A DNA stretch of 61,359 bases, counting the filler, from Asterionella formosa (Eukaryota): the NCBI GenBank assembly GCA_002256025.1. It is 6 parts of 6 records of this genome, joined end to end, with 100 filler letters (N's around TTAATTAATTAA, not from the genome) between each part and the next. Parts side by side here need not be neighbours in the genome. Positions count along the whole stretch, not along the records: positions 10,279 to 20,432 come from NKIB01009812.1; positions 20,533 to 30,686 come from NKIB01009823.1; 4 more parts are not named here. One strand, written 5' to 3'. Under the pieces are notes generated by a model. It was given only the letters and a program-made list of their open reading frames with translations. It was not told the DNA's origin and did not search any database. A program made the position numbers and the translations under genes. Every line of letters starts with the position of its first letter. Positions within the stretch are counted from its first letter, which is position 1. Below, piece after piece: positions 11,618 through 23,590 of this stretch.

Positions 11618-14600
11618 TCAATACATGAACTTGTTGCACAAATACTCTCGTGTAATTTGGGGTAATGGCTTCGTCAGCACATCAGCCAAATTAGTCTTTC
11701 CATCTTCCTTCGTTACCCGAATCATCCCTGCCGCCACAGCTTCTCTCGCTCTGTGATACGCTATCGCATTATGTTTCTTTTTCAAAGTCGATTCTGGATG
11801 AATCGTGTTCTTCGTCACCGCCTCGTTGTCGCAGAAAACGTTAGTCGGTCCATCGATTGGGATTCCAAACATTCTCAGCTTATACCTCAATGCCTCGATC
11901 AGTTCGACCGAGATCTTCAAAGCCACAAATTCGCTACCAAACGTCGATGTCTCGACAGTGTTCTGTCACTTACTGTACCATATAATTGGAGCCCAATTCA
12001 CAAAAATCAGTATCCCGGTCTGCGAGCGCCTCGTCACCCGATTCCCTGCATGATCGGCATGCACAAAACAGTGAGTAGTTACAACATTACCTCTGGGCTC
12101 GGGTGCATCCCCTGGAATAGACTCCTGCGCTCCCCTGTAAAAGTCGTGCCAATCGCATTTAACAAACCTGGATTCGTCTATATCGGGGTGTGTCGGATCA
12201 AAGATCAACGTCCTCTTGGCTTTCGCTTTCAAATATCCGAACATGTGATATACCTTTTGTAAGTGTCCGCTCCTCGGCAACGCTAGGTGAGTAGATAACA
12301 TAGAAACTTCCATAGCAATGTCTATTCGTCCAAGCTCCACTGCCCAGCGGAGCACGCCGATCAATTCCTGGTAGTATCTCACGCCTTCAATCTTGAGTTC
12401 GGCAGAAATATCCAGTTCCGGTCTATAATTCCCCTGCCATGGGGTAGTGCATGTCGTCGGAAGCCGCTGACCCGACTCATCGAGTTTGAACTCTATGTTG
12501 GCGATGGCCGCCTTGACATACTGCTCCGAAGTCATGGCCCAACACTCAACTCCGCCGACTATTTTCTGCATTACCTGGGCTCCCAGGTAATTTTCCGGCT
12601 TCTCGACTTTATCGACCTTCAATCTGAAGGTCGACTGTATCCCGCTCATAGTCGCTCTAGGCTGCGCTGAAATGCAAAGAATGTCATCAACATATACAAG
12701 AATCATTTCGTAATACTCAAACCCATCCGGTTTTACCGCCGGTCGAATCCATACATCAGGGTCCCCTTTCGTGGGCAAGTAACCCAAATCATGGAGGGTT
12801 TCTGCGAGATGCGCTCTGAATGCCGCACTGCTAGATTTGAGCCCATACAGCGCTTTCTTCACCACCATGGTAGCTCCCGCTTCCGACCCAAATTCCGGCC
12901 CTGCAATTATGTAAATTTTCTCGCTGCAATCTGCGGTTAGATAAGCGTTTTGAATATCGCAAGCAAGAAGTTGTAAGTCGTTCAATGAAGCAACCAATAA
13001 GGCGATGCGCACTGAGTCCCTCGACACAACTGACAAATACGTCAGGGCTGCGGGCATTTCCGTCCGGCTGCCGTCAGCAACTAGTCTAGCCTTACGCCGA
13101 AAGTTTTCGCCCATTTTGATGTCGAACACGAAATGACACCTTATCTTTTGGTACCCTGGCGGAAGGTCTCCCTCTCGTTTTTCCCACTTTTCAAATGCCG
13201 GTCGCACGTTTTTCATTTCCTTGCAGATGGCGTCCCACCATAATGTGTTGCCAATGGCTTTATCAATTGCTAACGCCTCTTCGACGGACTTCGGTATCCG
13301 TATACCGTATTTGTGAGTTCGCTGCCAATACTAGGACTCGGTCCCGTTTCTTTAGAAGAGTCGGCACCCGTGAACGCTGCCTCGTCATCAATACGATTAG
13401 CAATTGAGTACTCCACCACCTGTATGGGGTACGATTGCTTCATATCCTTAAGTGCGACCCAAGTGGTACTCCCGTCCCTCCATTGGCACAGGAGTTGCCA
13501 CCCTTGAGTCGTCTGTCTCCGCCGCTTGACACCGTTAGACATTGTGATGAACGCGTCCTCTTTGTCAAGTGCCGTCGCATTCCGCCTATGATCGATAATG
13601 TCGTCAAGAAGTACGTGTCGTTCGCCCTCCTTGTCTATCTGTGAAAACAAATTCTGAGCAATAAGGTTAGAGGACAATGCCTCTGAGTGTCCGTCAAAGA
13701 ACTCGACCTCATACTCTCTGGTGTCAAGCAAAGGATTGTCGTGAGCCTTGCCGATAGGTCTACCATCGGCGTCACGCAATCTCTTGGTGACTCTGCCAAA
13801 TTGAACACCGTCGTTGTTGTCTCCAACGCCCCTCGCTATCGCTATCTCTTTGTTGAGGTATGTATCCTCGAAAATATCGGGCGTGAAAGTAACATCGGCA
13901 TCTGGTATTTGGTGATCGCTCACTTCATTGTTTATCTCTTCGCTGAATACTGAATCGTCCTGCAGATCCGGGTATTCATCCCAATCCTGCAATTGTCGCT
14001 CCTCCTCGTCGCCTGCATTTTGATGGTTGTCGTCACGCATGATTTCCTTTATCCTCTCATTGTACTCCTTGCATCTGTCGATGACCTCGCTAGTTGTCAG
14101 TTCAAGGTGAGTGATATGCTGCACTGTAGTGCATGAGATAACGCGACAAGCAATGGTTAGAATCCAATATGACATTAGGTTACCGACTCGGTGAGACACA
14201 CCAAGCCAGTGCCCGAACATGTTTTCGCCAACCCCTGCATTATCCTTGTACCACACCCAATCGTAGAACCCGAAATCCAAGTACTCGGATATGTCGGGTG
14301 TCTCGCCTGTGATCTGCTCTATAGGAGTCCGACCTTCCAGCGCAAATGATGAGTTAGCAGTGAGAGACATTGTTTCACACACCCACACGATTCCGTAATC
14401 CCACAAACGCTTCGTAACCCGACGCTTCATCATTTGTCGAAACCATCGCTTCTTCTCTTCGCGAATGACTGACTCCGCTCGATTCTGTCGATGCTGTTTA
14501 GTTTCGCTCACGTGATGCTCAATCCCATACTTCCTTACATTCTTAATGAATTCCGTTTTCGGTCCAGTCTGTTCGGACGCCCCATCAGACGTGAGGTACT

Positions 14601-16987
14601 CAGGTGCTCCGTAATCACGAATGAATTGTCGGAGCGCCAGACCCGCACCAGACTTCTTCTCCATCGGGTACGCTTTTACGAAATACGCTTCATTTGCAAA
14701 GATTTGAGCACATGTGTTGTTAGTCAGTGATTTACATTTCCCGAAAATGGTGTCAGTGTAGAACCGTTGGTTCCGTAACTTCCGCTGGCCATACATCCTA
14801 TCTGTTTGGTACCGCCTGCTCAATGGGAGTATTGCTGACCGAATGCCTTTCTGAGTCGTGACCTCTAGGGTCTGTTTCGCTTGAGTCAGTCCGATATTCC
14901 ACCTTTCGCAGAGTGTCTCATAATTCACTTGAGCATGCCGGTCCGACGAAACAAAAGTCCTGGTGGCCGGTACGTCCACTTGGGTTGATTTAATGTATCG
15001 AACATCTCTTAGAGCCTCCGCCATCTCCTTAAAGCAGTAGATGGACGATATTTGGGACAAGAAAGGCTCGACGCCGATCATGTCCTCCGCCTCCACAGAT
15101 TGTATGAGGGAAAGGTTGACAGTCTGCGGATTCCATTCGGTGTCGCAGGTTAAATGAATGTGAGTACAAGTATCAAGTTCACGCTGGGTGGGAGTGGTAG
15201 TCTCCAAGAAGATGTTTGTTCCGCTGATCTGCAGCGGAATATCGATTTCCGTTGTCGAGATTAACAGCGGTGCCGCTTTATCGAAAGGATTGTTGTTGAC
15301 AACCACCCCGGAAAATCGCAATTGGTTAGGGTTGAGGAGGCTGTGTTCAAGCTTGTCGCCAAAATAAAGCCCATCATTAATAATTAAAATGAAGGTCTCT
15401 CCGCTTTGTTGGCAAGTGAATGCTGTCGCTCCGCAAACAATAAGGATGTCTTGTTCTCACAGGTGTCAGCGTGAGAGTCAAGTTCACATTTAGCAGCGCG
15501 CTGGGTTAATTGTGTAAGTGCAGATATAGATAATTGGTGAGGCGGGAGCGGCTTCTGATGAGAAGAACGATGTGCCGCTATCTCAAGTCGATCGCTTTTG
15601 CTTCGTTTTGCGCTTTCACGCCCACCAAAAGAATTGCCGGCGTTTGACTTCTTCGGCGTTTCCGACTTGTCGTCATCGAATGTTCCGGAGTCGCTAAGTG
15701 CTGCTGCCTTGATAGAACTGATGATGGCGGAAGTAAGTTGCTTTGTTGTCATCTCGGAAATGGTACGCTTCGATCCGCCTTGCTCTCCTTTCTTGTCGCG
15801 TTCCTTTCGGACTCGATCACGCTCCTCATATGAAAGCTTTTCCCATTCTGTTGTTGAGTAGTAAGTGGTTTTCTGTGGAGTGGTTCCGCGTCTGCCGCGA
15901 CCTCCGCGACCCTGGAAGCCACGACCGTTGCCGCGGCCTCCGCCATGATGTCCGCCACGGCCAGTTGTGTTTGTTGCGTTAATTCGTCTGGATAGCTGAT
16001 AATCAGGCGTCTGTGACACCTCAGAGTTTAAATGGTTCGCTGCGACGGTAAAGGTAATACCGGTTGTATTGAGCTGGTATCTGAGTTGGGCGACACTTTG
16101 GACAATAGCTCGTCTACTTTCGCTCTTTCGGACAAAGGCTCGTTCTCTTCTTCAAAGATCGTGAACATACGTTGTAGTGAATCCAAGAACTTGTTAAAAG
16201 GTAAAGCACGCTCTGTCTTGTAGTGGAGGGACGATTGAATCTTCTTGGCGTCAGCAATCCTACGTGTGGAATTTCCTTCGCCAGCGTAGTGCCGCCTCAA
16301 CGCGACCATGTCCCTACGACTGTCCTGATAACGAGAGATGGAACGAATCCAATTTTCTTTCTGTTCGCCCTGTAGAAAACCAAGTAACAGTGTATGCACA
16401 CGTCTCGCATCCGCAATGTAATACTGACCGTTAAGGGGGGCACGATGGATCATGCGCTCGTTGAATGAGCCATAATCGGCCTCAGCTTCGGGATCCTCCG
16501 CTTCTCTTACCACATAAGACAACGGTATGCCGCTAACGCCGGGAATGACAGCCAAGTAGTTGATAAAGGCCTTTTCCCACTCAGGCCACTTTCTCTCATC
16601 TTTGAATTTTCCCGGATCGGCAGCCTTGGAATTAGTAGCCACGAGATATATGTCGGACTTCCTGATCTGCGCAAGGCTCAACGATTGATATAGAATCTCA
16701 ACATTGAAATCGTTGTGGTCCGGAATGTCGTTAACTCGATGACAATCCTGGACCCAATGCATAACGCCTGTCAATTTCTTTGTACGTCCAAGTCCAAAAA
16801 CAATTTTTCCGTTTGCCACGCTACGCTTCCCAAATTCGTCCGCCAAGTCACGAATGTCCTTTTCGACTAAATAACGGAAATCCTCAAACTCGCTAATACC
16901 CGCTGCCATGATATTCGTACGTTCGACAGCGACCTCAAAACCGATTGCCAACAGAACGTGGGCGACTCCGACCAAGTTATTCGCCAT
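11618..16987 (-). pseudogene. Copia gag-pol polyprotein, disrupted
   Basis: Split over ORFs 16028-16987, 15384-16019, 13270-15321, 11966-13216 and 11618-11926. Frameshifts near 16090, 15460 and 13330-13375. In-frame TGA at 11966-11968 (WYSK*QNTVETSTFGSEF). Confidence 0.9.
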
Positions 16988-17395
16988 GACAATGAGTGGA
17001 TTTGCTGGGAAAAGAGAATGGTAGTAATTCGCAAACGCAAACGCATGTCGTCAGTGGATTCCCGCTGTAACGAATATTACTTGTGTGCAGGCAGCACCGT
17101 TTCGCCAATGCTGTCGTTGAGTGATCAGTTCAACTCCGGCCACAATCGCTATCGCTCGCTGGTCGTCTGCGGATACCCGTCAGTATGACTCGAGTGCACA
17201 CGGTCACCAACGCCTGCGAATGATCGTCATCATCCAAATTCGGTACGCACACGTGACACTACATATTGAATATGAAAAAATTCGTTACGAACACACAACG
17301 CCGGACGCCTTGTCTCGATGGTTTGAATTCGACGCTCCTAATCGCTCGCACTGTACGCTCTTCTCCGATTCAAAGATAACTCAAGTGGTAATCGA

Positions 17396-17417
17396 TAGAG
17401 CGGTGGGTCTGATAAAC
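17396..17417 (-). other. Putative primer binding site complementary to a tRNA D-arm/anticodon arm (half-tRNA type)
   Basis: Abuts the 5' LTR. The + strand reads TAGAGCGGTGGGT-CTGATAA-AC, like a tRNA anticodon arm with GAT in the loop. Confidence 0.6.
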
Positions 17418-17635
17418 CGAATAAGTACGCTAGTGTGGTCGGCACAAGGAAAGAAAGATAAAGGTTAAAAAGATAGACTTAAAGATATATATACCTACGC
17501 CGTTCCAGCGCATTCGCTGCTCCAAGCTTGCACGCTGTACTATCGCTAAAGCACTCTAGCGGCTAGTTAGTACCCTGTACCGTATGACACGGTACGTTCA
17601 CCCACGCGCCCATACTGCACTGCAATATTCGTTCA
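17418..17635 (-). repeat. 5' LTR of the Copia element (218 bp)
   Basis: By eye, identical to 11214-11450 except a 19-bp indel and one substitution (CTAGCGG vs CTAACGG). Confidence 0.95.
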
Positions 17636-19893
17636 ATAATTCCTGGTTCAGCCAAGAAAGTTATGACGTACATCGATTGATGGAAATTGATTGTCGATCC
17701 ATTGTCAAGTACTACACAAAATTAGTCAAGATTTTCCCAAGAGTAACGACAGAGCAAGGCTGGAAAATGACAAAGTTTCATCAGCAGATGCATACTGTCC
17801 GAAATATCGAACGGTTTGGCAGTCCGCAAGTTTTCAATGGTGGACCAATGGAAAAGAATTTAAAATTCCTTTGCAAGTTACCAGCTAAAACATCTCAAAA
17901 ACGACATCACCTAATGGACCTTCAATCTGGACAACGAATAATCGAAAACATTGCCATAGGTGTTGCATGTCGGGAATTTTTGGTAAAAGATCCTTTTGAA
18001 CATGACGATACAGATTCGCTCGCCGATGATGGTTCTACTAATGAAACACCAAGCACTGGGACTGACAGTATAAGCACATCTACAGGTGGTGCACGCTTTA
18101 TCTTAAAGTTACAGGAAAATAATGGTGGATTCGCTATTGCATCTGTTACTTCCAATTCGGCGACTATAAAGACATCAGGAGTTGACATTGATTTAATTCG
18201 ATTTCTAGGAAAGGATTCCCTTCCCATCATAACCAAAAAGTCAATTGAGGTCCTGTGTGAACACAAACGAGATGGAAATACTTTCCATGCCCATCCCTAT
18301 TATTTGGGACAGGGGTCTTGGTATGATTGGGCCGACTTCAAATGGATAGACGGGGAAAGTGGTATACCTTACATAGTGTTGGGGAAAATCTTTGGTTTTG
18401 TATTGCTTGGGCCTGAATTTGATTTTACTGATCCACGATTGTGTGCATCACTCCGCAACAAAACAACTGGAATCTTTGCAATTGTGAACTCATGTAAGGA
18501 TCCAAGTGAGAGTTTATTTAATAGCCGTCGTTCTAAAATGTTTGAGATAGCTCACCTGATGGGTTATTATTAAGGAAAGAGAAAACAGCTGATGTTTGTT
18601 ACAGTTGATTGTATTTCTGCTCCTGCTGTTGTTGTCCCTAATATTGGAGTAATACCTGGGTCGGTATTACAAGTTAAACCTCAGCATACTTGGCAATCTT
18701 TTTTCTCATTTTGAGATTCGAAATATGCATGCACACAACACAGCAGTACTAGTTATTTCTATTAATATATATATATTAGCTACCGGTAGCTATATATATG
18801 AACGTCATAACGTCAATCCCCACATTAAATTTGTAGACTGTAATTTCTTCTGGATTCGTGCACCTTATTCAATCATGAGTGCCTCCCGAACCCCAACGCG
18901 TTGTCTGCTCGGAATGAAGATGAAGACCTTTCTCTGGAGACGAGTGATCTCGTTTCCGTATTGCAGGGTAATTATTCTGGCGAAATTGGCCAGTTTGTAT
19001 GCTACACGAAGGCCAAAGCATTGGTCAATGTGTACGACAGGGTCTCCAATAAATCAGTTCTCGACCATGCCCGGAAGCCTTCCGAAATCAAGAAAATCGT
19101 TCCTTGCGTCTGCAAATAAAAAGTCGGTGTCCGTGTCATCCTCATCAATAGAGAGACAAGTTCTTTCGTTGGAAAAATTGGTACCCATGGTATCATCATT
19201 CGCTCGTTAGAACCACTGTCCGTTGCCTCAAACCTGATTAGCGTGTGAGTACCGGTATGTGCACTGTCGACTTTTGTACATTACAGGCGGAGTGACTTCG
19301 CTAATAAATTGCGTGATATAATAATATACCCTGTAGCACGATGCAGAATACAGTTGCTTCCCAATCATCTCATCATGATTGATAAGATGATACTGTGATA
19401 TCATGATAAGGTTACATCGATGCATACATCACCAAAGTATGATACGTAATATTGAATAATGTACATCACAGAGCTATGATAAACTGATCCTAAAATTATG
19501 ATGATTTTATAAAATGTTTATGATATAATTTTGATCAAAATATGATTATGTTAAAATAATACAATGACAATAAAATACGATAAAATATGTACGCAAGTGT
19601 TATCGATACATCATAGAAAATAAATCAAGCAATCATAAAGTATGTTAATTAATATATGTGTTTGTCGTTTAATGTATACAGTTAAAGTCAACAGTTAATA
19701 TGATGGTATTATACAGTGGATAGGATCTAAGTATACGGATGCGTTGATATGTACATCACTATAATATGATTTGTGATATGGATTGATGCATATCACATAC
19801 CGGTATCCTCAACAACCAGCCATCACGTTCATTGTCGTGTCGTCTTTCCCTCATCCAGTGTCGTATTTTGCTCCTCATTCTCCCGAAATCGCA

Positions 19894-20033
19894 TAACCGT
19901 ACATCGCAGCCTCTACAGAGCTGCGACAGAAAATAATAGGGAAAATCATAGTACCACCGTAACCGTACATCGCAGCCTCTACAGAGCTGCGACAGACAAT
20001 AATAGGGAAAAACATAGTACCACCATAACCGTA
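19894..20033. repeat. 66-bp tandem repeat, 2 copies plus a partial, each with an internal hairpin
   Basis: TAACCGTACATCGCAGCCTCTACAGAGCTGCGACAGA... starts at 19894 and 19960. TCGCAGC/GCTGCGA form inverted arms. Confidence 0.9.
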
Positions 20034-20532
20034 GGTGCTACTTAAAGGTGCTGATAAAAGATGTAGACGTACTACCTGGTACCGGTAGTAACTCGTCAGC
20101 CTGGCTAATTATCACGCCAGTTAAATTCATAAAAGCAATATTATGATAACTACCGGGTAGGTATGCCGTGAATCAACACATCACGAGCATTGATTGTCTC
20201 CAATAGTACTTAGAAGTGCTGTCACTAGTAGCAGATTACAATGATTATGTTGTTTTAACAACGACGTGTTAACTTAACTTTTGCCAAACCACCACCATGT
20301 GGGCTAATCGACACAATTCTGCATCGTTGTCTGATACAGACTCCATACCAGACAATCCTGCATCGGATGGATACGACGATTATCAACTTGAGGAGTATAA
20401 TGAATCGGAAGAGAGTGTCAAAGGAGATGGGANNNNNNNNNNNNNNNNNNNNNNNNNNNNNNNNNNNNNNNNNNNNTTAATTAATTAANNNNNNNNNNNN
20501 NNNNNNNNNNNNNNNNNNNNNNNNNNNNNNNN

Positions 20533-21312
20533 CCGACATGAAGAGCCACACAGGAGGAGTGATGTCCTTTGGGACTGGAGGCATCATATGTAAGTCAAGT
20601 AAGCAATAGCTCAATACAAAAAGCTCGACGGAGGCAGCACTTGTGGGAGCTAGTGATTACTTGCCTAACGTCATGTGGGTGAAGATGTTCCTCATGGCAC
20701 AAGGACATATGATTGTTGAAAATTTCCTTGAACAGGATAACGAGAGTGCCATCAAGCTTGAGAAGAATGGAAGAATGTCGGCAGGACCTAAATCTAGGCA
20801 TATTGACATACGTTATTTTTGGATTAAGGACCGCATCAAGGACAACAAAATTACCATACGACACTGCCCAACTTTGCGGATGCTAGCGGATTTTTTTACA
20901 AAACCATTGCAAGGAGCCCTTTTTCGAAAATTCCGTGACGTGATCCTAGGGTACAAACACATCGACACCCTGACCATGAACCCACTGCCATCGGCCGAGG
21001 AGCGTGTTGAAAAATGGCGACCTGATAACTGTGGGACAGGAACTCCGGGTACCGATACTGGCACACTAGTTACAAGGAGAGAAGATTCGACAGTACCACT
21101 TACTTGGTCTGAGGTGGTGCGTAGAGGTACACCAACCACACAGAAGTAGATAAGATTTGTTTCAAGATCATTATCTCGAAACAATCCAGTTAGTAAGAAC
21201 GAAGTTTGATCCGACTTTCTTCTTACCTTCAACTCAATCGAATATAACCGATTCTTGAAACAATCATAGGTTCAGGGCCTATGGTATGTCGGGGAAAATA
21301 GATTTTGCAACA
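20533..21312 (+). mobile_element. 3' end of a second Copia (CoDi-like) family: RNase H, PPT and 3' LTR (21005-21312)
   Basis: DMKSHTGG...KQ*LNTKSSTEA, QDNESAIKLEKNG, HIDIRYFWIKD and MLADFFTKPLQG. PPT GAGGAGCG is followed by TGTTG...CAACA (308 bp), which is homologous to 44696-44994. Confidence 0.9.
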
Positions 21313-23590
21313 ATGTCTTATTATTAGGCTGACAAAGCAAGTCGCCGATTTTCCGTGAGGATCGGATGATTTTGACAGAGCCACCTGGTCGTACCAGGGT
21401 TTTACGGCTACTTGCTGTGAATGAGAAATTTAGCACGATTTCCGTATAGTAAGAACCGTCGTTTATCAGCAACTTACGTTCATTTTGCTGAAGTTGACAA
21501 TGTGATGCAGGACAGCAAGTTCTGGACATTTTGCTGAAATTGTCAACGTGATGCAGGACAGGCACTCAAAAACAACTAAAGAGAGAATGTCATCAACTTT
21601 CTCTTTGAGTCGACAGTATCATGACTTGTTATTTTTATTTAGGGACATAAATTATGATTTCGTCAAAACAAGGAAAGGACAAAATGAGGCAAATGACTAT
21701 GACTGGGGCAAGAGAGGGGTAGCCCCAAGCAAAAGTATTAGATTTGATTGCTTGTATAGATGCTGCAAACTTGAGTCATGCGAGATGGGAATGATGGAAG
21801 CATGATGGTAATGAGATTTCAAAATCGTTTGCTTACCAGTAAGTACTGGAATACTATTGTCTTCATTACTACACTATATGTACTCCTCCTTGTCGACAGT
21901 CAATACAGTAGTAAACATAACATTAGGACCAGCATACTATTATCTTCCTTAGTCAACAGTTGATATACCAGTAGTACTACTAGGAGTGTATAGTGTATAG
22001 TATACATGTATACAGAACATGTGTATGGACTGTAAATACATACTGGTAGTTAAAAATAGTTATAATGGGCTATTGCTATGATGATCCTGGCAGTTAAAAA
22101 TTTCCAATCCCAACGAATCTGAAAAGCGTTGGTTCAGATTGGTTGTTTTCGTCACCTGGGCCGTAAAAGGAGAACGATTTTGAGTTTGGAGAGAATAAAG
22201 CAAAGTAAGCAAGACTTGATTACTTTGCTTCCTTTTGCTTCGGCCCGCCCCTCTATTGCCCCAGTTATTGTTGTGTTATCTTGACGTTTCCCTGTTTTGA
22301 AGAATATAATTAACGTAAAACCTAGTACATCACTAAGTGGTGATCACGATTCATAGAGACAATTTTGCAGAGTGAATTGATGACGTTTTCTATGTAATTA
22401 AACGCCTGTTCTGTGTCACATTATCAATTTCAGCAAAATGACCGCAACTTTCTGGTACTCCTATTGTCCAAATCATGCTTGATGGGGATGAAGATTTGTA
22501 CATACTGAAACATGAAGCCCTAGCTATTGGAGTGCTGACGCAGATACATGATGGAGTGGTTGTCATTACAGATAGATACATAGGATTTTTGATCCCATAT
22601 GTCACTTATGGGAATGTCATATTGCTTTTTTTGTTTAGAAAAGCAATTATTCTAGTTTCTCAATTTTATCTGATAGTCGACTAATTTAGCAGAATGCCCC
22701 TTGTTTTGATGACTAAACCTCCGACTCACCATGGTATTCACCATGCAAATTGCTTGCTCTTTGCTTACAACAAATGTCATTCAGGATGATGGCTAGTAAA
22801 GATGTTGTTGTTACTACTAGTAAAGAAACAGCCAGGTCGCTAGTCAACAGTGGAAACTCAATATTTATAGAAGCTATATCTGCTTCACTTCATTGAGGAA
22901 AGTTTGTCCTTCTCAAGAATCGGAATTTCGGTTGATTGGTGGATGATGTTTGTCAACACGACGACTGCATGGGACAGATCTGCCAATTCTCTTCCAAATC
23001 TAAGCCCCCTCCCCCTGCTGCACAGGAAGCCCTTTTTCTACCCTTTTCCACACTGCCCTACTTCCTAATCATATTGCTGGCTCATGAAGCATTGAAATTG
23101 ACCAACATTTGATTGCTGAGTATTTCTTCCTGCCTGTTCCATGCCCAGCATCTGGTCACCTCCCATGCCATTTTCCACACTGAATCGTCCACTGTGTTCA
23201 AGAAAAACTACAGAACATAAGCGTAAAAAACAATCAACATTAACAAGGATGATGGTACTGCCAAAGACCCAATCAGCCAGCAAGGCTTCTACCAATGCAC
23301 TGGTGAACATTTCTTAGTAAAAGTGCAGCAGTAGCATTTAGCAAGAATGCCAGTGAATGGACCAGTATCGGGAAAACAGTCATCGCACACCTGGTACCAG
23401 GTACCTGGTACCTGGTACCATAGATCTGTGCGTCCTCCGCCCAACAAAAACGGAAGATATCCAGTTTTAAAAGTTATATATCAAATTTTACCAATAATTA
23501 GTTTTGTACTCCTACTACTTAGTACCAGGTACGTTACCGGTAGTGATCATGAATGCATTCCTCGTTTTTTATTAATTCATTTCTGTCACC

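Larger units (their letters stand above)
11214..17635 (-). mobile_element. Full-length degenerate Ty1/Copia (CoDi-like) LTR retrotransposon
   Basis: Two LTRs with ATAA duplicated on both flanks. Domain order is gag (from 16987), PR (ELDSHADTC), INT (YTDT..TSDGA..NRAE), RT (LVYVDDI), RNase H (FCDNEAV..NLADVLTK, ending 11618). PPT GAGGGGAC precedes the 3' LTR. Confidence 0.95.
10279..18714 (+). pseudogene. Plavaka/CMC-like DNA transposase split by a Copia insertion (5' part 10279-11213, 3' part 17640-18714), premature TAA at 18571
   Basis: 5' half has AWRPLGLIP, LVLGDAEGLD..CG, CxxCxC and PEKLHSIHEG. 3' half has KFHQQMH..IERFGSP..FNGGPMEKNLK and WYDWA. Removing the insert and one ATAA gives in-frame MVCYNSWFSQE. 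The frame continues past TAA to VDCISAPAVVVP...WQSFF and a stop at 18714. Confidence 0.75.

Noticed and set aside
17377..17440. tRNA gene
   Set aside because: Only D-arm/anticodon-like sequence is present, with no T-arm or acceptor stem. It is better explained as a PBS.
19894..20033. CRISPR-like array
   Set aside because: The units are near-identical with no unique spacers, there are no cas genes and the context is eukaryotic.
22111..22145. 13-bp hairpin CAACGAATCTGAA/TTCAGATTGGTTG
   Set aside because: Single isolated stem with one mismatch and no supporting context.
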